Below are positions 53,801 to 64,000 of a DNA stretch of 64,000 bases, one piece after another; the first letter of the stretch is position 1; the number at the start of each line of letters is the position of its first letter. The stretch is taken from assembly GCA_048013815.1 (NCBI GenBank), contig CM106585.1, positions 17,732,001 through 17,796,000 of the forward strand, written 5' to 3'. The translations under genes were made by a program, and so were the position numbers. The DNA comes from Setoptus koraiensis. Lineage: Eukaryota; Animalia; Arthropoda. The notes under the pieces were generated by a model. It saw only the letters and a list, made by a program, of their open reading frames with translations. It was not told where the DNA came from and made no database searches.

Positions 53801-55918
53801 TTATAAAATATTTTTTTTTTATTAATATTTATTATATATTATATAATTTTTTTTTATTTATTTATTTTTTTTTTAATTTATATATATTTTTATTTTTATT
53901 TTTTTTTATAATTTTATTTTTTTTATATTTATTATTTAATATTATTATTATTATTTATTATTTGTATTATTTTTTATTATTTTTTATTTTTATTTTTAAA
54001 TAATTTTTTATTTTTAAATTATATTTTTATAATAATTAATTATTTTTTTAATTTTGTTTTTTTTATTTTTATATTTTTAATTTTTTTTTTTATTTTTTTT
54101 TTTTTATATTTTATATTTTTTTTTTATAATTTTTTTTTTTTTTTATTATTTTTTATTTAATTTTTATTTTATAATTATAATTATTTTTTTAATTATAATT
54201 TATTTTTAATTTAAATTATTTTTTTTATTTTTATTTTTTTTTAATTTTTATTTTTATTTTATAATTTTATTTTTTTTATATTAAATATTTATTTTTAATT
54301 TATTTTTTATTATTATTTTTATTATTTTTATATTTTTTATATTTATATTTTTTTTTATTATTTTTTTTTTAATTTTTTTATTTTTTTATTTTTATTTTTT
54401 AATTTATTTTTTTTTTTTATTTTTTATTAATTTTTAAATTTTTTTTTTTATATTTATTATTTATTATTTTTTATTATTTATTTTTTTTAATATTTAATTA
54501 TTTTTTATTTTATTAATATATATTAAATTTAATATTTTTTATTTTTTTTATTTTTTTTTTATTTTATTTTTTTATTTTTTTTTTAATTTTTTTAATTAAT
54601 ATTTTTTTTTTTTTTATTTTTGTATTTTATTATTTTATTTTTTATAATATTTATTTTTTTTAATATTTTAAATATTTAATTTATTTATATTTTTTATTTT
54701 TTATTTTTTTTATTATTAATTATTATTTTTTATTTTTAATTTTTTTTTTAATATTTTTTTTTTTAATTTTTTTATTTTTATTTTTATTTATTATATATAT
54801 TTATATATAATTTATTTTTATTTTATTTTTTTTTTTTATTATTATTTATATTTTTTATTAAATTTTTTAATAATTTTTTATTATTTTTATTTTATTTTAT
54901 TTTATTTTTTTTATTTTTATTTTATTATTTATATTTTTATTATATTTATAATTTTTTTATATTATTTTATTAATTATATTATATTATTTTTTATTTTTTT
55001 AATATTTATTTATATTAATATTTATTTTTATTTTTTTTTATTAATTTTTTATTATTTTTTTTTTTTTTATATTTTAATTTTTTTTTATTTATTTTATTTT
55101 TATATATTATAATTTTTTATTTATTTATTTTTTTTATTTTTTTGTTATATTTATAAAATAATACTTTTTTTTAATTTATATTTTTTTTTTTTATATTATT
55201 TTTTTTTATTTATTTATTAATTAATTTTTTTATTTTATTATTATTTTGTATTTTTATTATATTTTATTTTAATTTATATTTTATTAATATTATATTTTAT
55301 TATATTAATTATTTTTTTTAATTTATTTTTTTATTATATATTTTATATTTTTATATTTTTTATTATTTTTTTTTTTTTTTTTAAAATTTTAATTTTTTTT
55401 TATTAATATATTTATTTATTTTATGTTTATTAATTTTATTTATATTTTTTTTTTTTTATTATTTTATAATTTATTTTATTTTTTTATTATTTATTAATTT
55501 TTTTTTATATTTTATAATTATTTTATTATTTATTTATATTTTATATATTATTATTTTTTTATTATATATTTATATTTTATTTATAATTTTAATTTTTTTA
55601 TTTTTTTTATTTTATATTTATTAAATTTTTTATTTATTTTTTATTTAATTTATATATATTATTTAAATATATATTTATAATTTTATTATTTTTTATAAAT
55701 TTTATATTATTTTATTATATATTTAAATTTATATTTTTAATATTTATTAATAATTTTTTTTATTATATTTTTTATATATTTTTATATTATTATATATAAT
55801 ATTAATTATTATTTTTTATTTATTTTATTTTTATTATTTAAAATTATTATATTTTTATTTTTAATATTATTTATATTTTTTTTTTTATTTTTTTTTAATA
55901 TATATTTATATATTTATT
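47808..55918. other. Near-pure A/T, T-skewed, aperiodic low-complexity sequence (probable artefact)
   Basis: Only scattered C or G in 8 kb. No repeat unit visible. Abrupt start inside a CDS. Confidence 0.8.
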
Positions 55919-56418
55919 NNNNNNNNNNNNNNNNNNNNNNNNNNNNNNNNNNNNNNNNNNNNNNNNNNNNNNNNNNNNNNNNNNNNNNNNNNNNNNNNNN
56001 NNNNNNNNNNNNNNNNNNNNNNNNNNNNNNNNNNNNNNNNNNNNNNNNNNNNNNNNNNNNNNNNNNNNNNNNNNNNNNNNNNNNNNNNNNNNNNNNNNNN
56101 NNNNNNNNNNNNNNNNNNNNNNNNNNNNNNNNNNNNNNNNNNNNNNNNNNNNNNNNNNNNNNNNNNNNNNNNNNNNNNNNNNNNNNNNNNNNNNNNNNNN
56201 NNNNNNNNNNNNNNNNNNNNNNNNNNNNNNNNNNNNNNNNNNNNNNNNNNNNNNNNNNNNNNNNNNNNNNNNNNNNNNNNNNNNNNNNNNNNNNNNNNNN
56301 NNNNNNNNNNNNNNNNNNNNNNNNNNNNNNNNNNNNNNNNNNNNNNNNNNNNNNNNNNNNNNNNNNNNNNNNNNNNNNNNNNNNNNNNNNNNNNNNNNNN
56401 NNNNNNNNNNNNNNNNNN
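55919..56418. other. Assembly gap, 500 N
   Basis: Run of exactly 500 N, consistent with a default scaffold spacer. Confidence 1.
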
Positions 56419-59400
56419 ACTATCAATCTTACGAGAGCAAATATTGATTTTTTTTTGAGTGTTATTTTATAAGAGTTTCAATTAAACTATATTATTATTA
56501 GTGGTTATTTTTTGTTTTGTGTATAGTTATATTGTGTATTAGATAGATTATTTTATACATTTTTTTTTATGTGGTTATTTGGATATTTTGTTATAGAAAT
56601 TTATTTATTTTTTTTTTTTGGTTATTTGGTTATAATTTTTATATATATTATTATGATTTTTTGTTTTTTTTTTATATGTGTATTTGAATAATTTTTATTT
56701 TTTTTTTTGTAATGTTATTTTTGAAATTTATTATTATTTTTTTTTTTTTTTTTTTTTGATATGTTTTTTTATTTTTTTTTTTTTTTTTTTTTTTTTTTTG
56801 TAATTGTTGTTGTTTTTTTTTTGTTTTTTTTTGTTTTTTTTTTTTTTGTTATTTTTTTTTTTTTTTATTATATATATTTATTTTTTTTTTTTATTTATAT
56901 TTTTTATTTATTATTATTTTTAATTTTATTTTATTATTTTATTTTTTTGTATTATTATTTATTATTTTTTTTTATTAATATTTTTAATATTATTTATATT
57001 TATATTTTTTAATATTATTTTATATTTATATTTTTTATTTTATTATTATTTTTTATTTTTTTTTATTTTATTTTTATTTATATTATTTATTATATTTATA
57101 TTTTTATTATATTATTTATATTTTATTTTATTAATTATTATTATTATTATTTTTATTTAAATATTATATTATTATTATTATATTTATTATAATTATTATT
57201 ATATATTATTATTTTTATTAAATATTATATTTTATATTTATATTTTATTTTTATATTATTTATTTTTTTTTATTATTTTATTTTATTTTTAATATTATTT
57301 ATTTTATTTTATTTTTTTTTATATTTATATTATATTATATTTTATTTTTATTATTTTTTATATTTATTATATATTATAATTATTTTTATTTTTTTTATTT
57401 ATTTTTATATTTATTATTTTATTATTTATTTATATTATATTTATTTTTTTTTATTTTATTTTTATTTTTTATATTATTATTTATTATTTTTTTTTATTTT
57501 TTATTTATTTTTATTAAATATTTATTTTATTTTTTTTTATTATTTTTATTTATAATTTTTATTTATATATTATATTTTATATTTATTATTTTTATTATTT
57601 TTTTATTTATTTTTTTATTAATAATTTTTATTATATATTATTATATTTTTATTATTATTTTATTATTTTTTATTTTTTATATATTTTATTATAATATATT
57701 TATTTATTTTTTTATTTTTATTATATATTATTTTATTTTTTATTATTTTTTAATATTTATAATTATTTTTTTATTTTTTATTTATTTTTATATTATTTTT
57801 ATTTTATATTATTTTATTTTTATATTTATTATTTTATATTATATTTATTAAATAATTTATATTATATTTATATTTTTTATTTTAAATATTATATATTTTT
57901 TTTATTATTTTATTTATATTATTATAATATTTTATTAATATTATTATTTTTTATATTTATATTTTTATTTATTATTAATTATTATATTTTTTTTATTTTT
58001 ATTATATTTATATAATTATATTATTTATTTTATTTATTTTTATTATATTTATAATATATTATTATAATTTTTATTTATTTTATATTTATATTATTATATT
58101 TATTTATTTTTTATTATTATATTTTATTAATATTATTATTTTTTATTTTATTATTTATTATATTATTAATATTTATTTTTTTTATTTTATATTTTTATTT
58201 ATATATTTATATTAATATATTATTATATATTATTTTTTATTTTATTATATTTTATTAAATATTATTATATTATTTTTTTTATTTTTTATTTTATTTTTTA
58301 TATAAATTATTATTTATTATTTTTATTTTTTTTTATTTATATTTATTATAATTATATTTATTATTATATTTTATTTTTTTTATTATTATTATATTTTTAT
58401 TTTAAATATTATATTATTATTTTATTATTTTTTGTATTTATATTTTATTATAATTTTTATTATATTTTATATTTTTATATATATATATTATATTATATAT
58501 TTATATTTATTTATAAATTTATTATTATATATTATATTTTTAATTATTTATATTTTTTTTTGTTTATTTATATTTTTTATTATTATTTTATTATTTTTTA
58601 TTTTTATTTTATTTATAATATTATTATATTTTTTTTTATTTATTTATATTTATTAAATTTATTATTATTTTATTTTTTATTTTATTATATTTTATAAATT
58701 ATTATTATTTTATTTTTTTATATTTATTATTTTATTATTAATATTATATTTATTTTTTTTTATTATATTTATTATATAATTTATTATATTATTTTTTTTT
58801 ATTTATATTTATTATATATTATTATTTTATTATTATTTATTTTTTATATTTATTATTTTATATTTTATTTTTTATTATATTTATATTAAAATATTTATAT
58901 TATTTTTTTTTATTATTTATTATTTTATTAAAATTATATTATTATTTTTATTTTATTTTATTATATTATATTATTAATTATTATATTTTTTTTTATTTTA
59001 TTATATATTTTTTTATTTTTTAATTTATTTATTTATATTTTTTTATTTATTATTTTATTAATTATTTATTATATTTTTTATTAATTTTATTTATTTTTAT
59101 ATATTTTTTTTTATATTTTTATTATTATATTTTATTTTATTATTTTTTTATTTTTTTTTATTATATTAATTTTTTATTTTTATTATTTTATTTTTATTAA
59201 AATTATATTTTTTTTATTTTTTATATTTATATTTTATTATTATTATTTTATTTTATTTTTTATATTTATTATTTTTTTATTTTTATTATTATTTATTATA
59301 TTTATTTTTTTTTATTATTTATTATATTTTTTATTATTTATTATATTTTTTTTTATTTATAATTTATTTTTTATTTATTTATATTTTTATTTTTTATTTA

Positions 59401-62400
59401 TTTTATTATATTATTATATTATTTATTTTTTATTTTTATTATAAATTAATATATTTTTTTTAATATTTTTTATATTTTTTTATTTATTTATTATAATTTT
59501 ATTATTTTATTTTATTATTTATTATATATTATTATTATTTTTTTTTATTTATATTTTATAAATATTATTATTTTTTTTTATTATATTTATATATTATTAT
59601 ATATTTATATTATTTTTAATTTTATATTTTATTAAATATTTATTATTATTTTTTTATTTAATTTATTTATATTTTTATTTAATATATATTTTATTTTTTT
59701 TTATTTTATATTTTTATTTTTAATAATATTTATATTAATTTATTATATTATATTTTTTAATTAATATTTTATTTTTTTAATTATTTTATTTTATAATATA
59801 TTTTAATTTTATTTTTATTATTTTATTAATTATATTAATTATTATTTTATTTTTTTTATTTTTATTTATTATATTATATTATATATTTTAATTTTATATT
59901 ATATATTAAATTATTATTATTTTATTTTTTTTATTTTATTATATATTTATTATTTTTTGTTTTATTTATGTTTATTTATATATATATATTTTTTTATATT
60001 TTTATTTTATATTATTTATTATTTTATTTTTATTTTTATTATATTTTTTATTTATATTATTTTTTATTTTTATTATTTTTAATTTTTTTATTAATTATTT
60101 ATTATTATTTATTTTTATTTTTATTTATTATTTATTTTTTATTTATTTATTTTTTATTATTTATAATATTTTATTATTTTATTTTATGATTTTTTATTTA
60201 TTTATATTTATTTATATTATTTTTATTAAATATTTTTTATTATATTTTATTTTTTATTATATTTATTAAATTTTTTATATTTTTTTAATTTATTATATTA
60301 TTATTATATTTAATTATTTATTTTATTTATTTTTTTTATTTTTTATTTATATTATTATTATATATTATTTTTTATAATTATTTTTTATTTTTATTTTATT
60401 TATTATTATTATATTTTTATTATTTTTTTTATATTTTATTAATTTTATATATTATTATTATTTTTTTTTATTTATATTTTTTTAATTATTTTTTATTTTT
60501 ATTTATAATATTATTTTTATTTTATGATTTTTTATTTTATTTATATTATTTATATTTATTTTTTATTTTTTTATATATTATTTTTTTATAATTATTAATT
60601 TTATTTATATTTTTTTTATTTATTATTTTAATATTAATTTTATTTTATTTTAATTTTTAATATTTTTATTAATATTTTTATTATTTATATAATTATTTTA
60701 TTTTATATTTTATTTTTTATTTAATATATTTTTTTATTATTTTTTATATTTATTTATTTATAATATTATTTTTTATATTATTTTTATTTTTATTAATATT
60801 ATTAATAATTTTTATATTATTTTTTATTATTTTATTTTATATTTTATTAATTTTATTTTATTTTATTTTTTATTATTTATATTTTATTTAATTTATTTAT
60901 ATTTATTTTTTTATTTTTTTTTTTATATTTTATTTTATTAATTTTTTATTTTTTATTTTATTTTAATTTTATATTTTTTTATTTATAATATATTATTTAT
61001 TATTTATTTTATTTTTTTTATTTATTATTTTTTTTATTTTTATATTTTTTTTATTTTATTTTTTTTATATTTTATATATTATTTATAATTATTATTTTAT
61101 ATTATATTTATATTTTTATATTTTTTATTATTTTATATTTTTATTATAATTTTTATTTTATTATTTTTTTTTATTTTTTATTTTTATTTTTATATTTATT
61201 ATTAATATTTTATTTTTTATTATTATTTTTATTTATTTTATTATATTTTTTATTATTTTTATATATTTATATTATTTATGTTATATTATTTATATATATT
61301 TTTGTTATATTTTTTATTTATTATAATATATATATATTTTTATTATTTTGTTATTTTTTGTTTTTTTATATTTTATATTTTATTTTTATTTTATATTATT
61401 TTATTATTTTTTTTATATTTTTAATTTAATATTTATTTTTAATTTATATTATTTTTTTATATTTTTTATTTTTTATTATTTTTATTATTTTATTTTTTTA
61501 TTTTATTTTATTATAATTTATTTAATATTTTTATATATTTTATATTTTTTATTTATATTTTATATATATTATTTAGTTTTAATTTTAAAATTTATTATTT
61601 TATTTATATAATTTTTTTTATTTTTTAATTATTATTTATATTAAATTAAATATTTATATTAATTATATTTTTTTTTATTATTTTTATATATTTTATATTA
61701 TTTTTTTATTATTATATTTTATTTTTATATTTTATTTAATTATTATTTATAATAATTTAATTTATTAATTTTTTTTATATATTTTATAATTTATAAATTT
61801 AATATTTTTTTATTATTTTTATTTATTTATTTATATTATTTATAATATTTTTATTTATTTTATATTTTATATTATTATTATTATAATTATTTTTATTTAT
61901 ATTTATTTATTTATTATATAAATTATTATATTTATATATTTTATTTAATATTTATTATGTTTATTTTTTTAATATATTTATATTTATTTTATTATATATT
62001 TTTATTATTTATTAATATTTTATTTTTTTATATTATATTTTATATTATTTATTTTTATTTATATTAATTTTATATAATTTATTTTATTTTTTATTATTAT
62101 ATTTTTTAATTATTATATTATTATTAATATATATATTTTTTTATTATTTATTATTATTATTAATATTATATATATTTAATTTTTTTTATTTATATTTTTA
62201 TTTTATATTATTTTATTTTTTTATAATATTTATATTATTTATTTTAATATATTTATTATATATTTATTTTTATTTTATTTTATTTTTTATTAATATATTT
62301 TTTATATTATTATTTTTATTTTTTTATATATATATATATATTATATTTAATTTTATTTTTTTATTTATTATTTATTATTTTATTATAATAATTTATAATT

Positions 62401-64000
62401 ATATTTATATAATTTTTATATTATTTATTTTATTTATATTTTTTTTAATTTTATTATATATTTATTATTTATTTTATTTAATTTTTATTTTATTTTATTT
62501 TTTTTTATTTATTTATATTATTATTTATTATTAATAATTATTTTATTTATTATATTTATTTTTTATATTATTATTAATTTATTTTTTTATATATATTTAT
62601 ATTATTTTATATAATTTATTTACTATATTTTTTATCTTTTTTTATTTTTATTTTATATATTATATATATCTTATTTAATTTAAATCTAATATATTGTATA
62701 TGATTTATTTTTAATTTATCCTTTTTTATATTTAATTATCAATTTATTTTATTTATATATTTAATTTTTATTTACTAAAATATATGCTATGTATTGCTTT
62801 TTTATATTATTCTTTTTTATTTTATTTCTAATATTTTCTATATATATATATATATTATATTATATATTTTTTCCTATATTTAATTTTTTATTATATATAA
62901 TATATTATATTATCTTTATTGTTTCATATATAAATTATATCTATCTTTTTAAATTATTAGATTATTTATTTTATTTTTGATTTATTATTTATTTTATATA
63001 TTCTTTTTTATATTTTTAAATAAATATTTTATATTATATTTATAATTTATTTTATTTTTTTTTATATTTTTATTAAATTTTATATTTTTTAATTTATTTA
63101 ATTAATTTTTTTTTAATTTATATTATTTTAATATTTTATTTTTATTAATATTATTATTTAATTTAATATTTTTTATTTATTTTTTTATAATTTTAATATA
63201 AATTATTATATTATTTATATATTTATATATTATTTATTTTTATTTTATATTTTATAAATATTATTTTTTTTTTATAATAATTTTTATTTATAATTAATTT
63301 AATTATAAAATTTTATATATTATTTTTTTATAATATTAAATATTATTTTTATTATATATTTTTTTTTTATTTTATTTTTTATTTATATTATTATTTTTTT
63401 TATTATATTTTAATTTATTATATAATATTTATTATATAATATTATTTTTTTTTATTATTTATTTAATTTATATTTTATTATTAATTTTAATTTTTTATTA
63501 TTATTTTAATTTTTAATAATAATATTTTTTATTATTTTATTAATTATTTTTTTTTTTTAATATATATTATTATTATTTTTTATTTAATTTTTAATTATTA
63601 TATATAATATTTTTTTATTTTTTTTTATTATATTTTATTTTTTTTTTTTATATTTTTTTTTATATTATTATTTTTTTTATTTTTTTTAATTAATTTTTTT
63701 TTAAATATATAATTTTTATATTTTTATTATTATTTATTATTATTAATTAATTTTTTTATTTTAATTTATTTTATAATTTTATATATAATTATAATTTATT
63801 TTAATTTATTTATTTTAAATTTATTTAAATTATTATTTAATTTTTTTTTTATTATATATATATTTTATTTATAATTTTTTAATAATTTTAAATATTAATT
63901 ATTTTATTTTTTTATTAATTATTTTTTATAATTTTATTTTATTTATAATTTATATTTATTATTTTTTTTTATTTATTATATTTTTTTTATTTTATTTTTT
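56419..64000. other. Near-pure A/T low-complexity sequence (probable artefact)
   Basis: Starts with ~40 nt of four-letter sequence, loses C and then G over ~400 nt, then is A/T only. A weak patch of C reappears at ~62590-63010. Confidence 0.8.

Noticed and set aside
49212-62980. Phe/Ile/Tyr/Leu-rich ORFs in the A/T block, and the poly-X ORF over the gap
   Set aside because: They follow automatically from T-rich composition with few stop codons. There is no Gly/Ala/Pro content or motif of mitochondrial or membrane genes.

Overview
Eukaryotic genomic DNA in three parts. (1) 1-6428 is a repeat-rich block. Two ~1 kb TIR-bounded MITE-like units sit in opposite orientation around 397-bp tandem repeats, short motif arrays and one 197-aa orphan ORF. 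(2) ~7350-47807 is a very compact, intron-poor gene region (the introns I could resolve are 105-168 nt). Many of its recognisable genes belong to families tied to sperm or male fertility elsewhere: both DC-STAMP sperm-fusion factors (DCST2/SPE-42-like and DCST1/Sneaky-like), three TSSK-type kinases and a short centrosomin CM1 protein. It also holds divergent paralogs of housekeeping genes (MDH2 with the Arg102-to-Gln specificity switch, two enolase-phosphatase E1 copies with one apparently dead, a VAMP, tweety, two tetraspanins, a PLAT/polycystin-like membrane protein, an MCT), plus orphan secreted and membrane proteins, several with Lys-Ser repeats. The style fits a small-genome arthropod such as an acariform mite (inference only). 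(3) 47808-64000 is almost pure A/T sequence with a 500-N gap. It cuts the MCT gene mid-CDS and is most likely an assembly or read artefact. No rRNA, tRNA or CRISPR was recognised. All family calls are motif recognition by eye; no database search was run.
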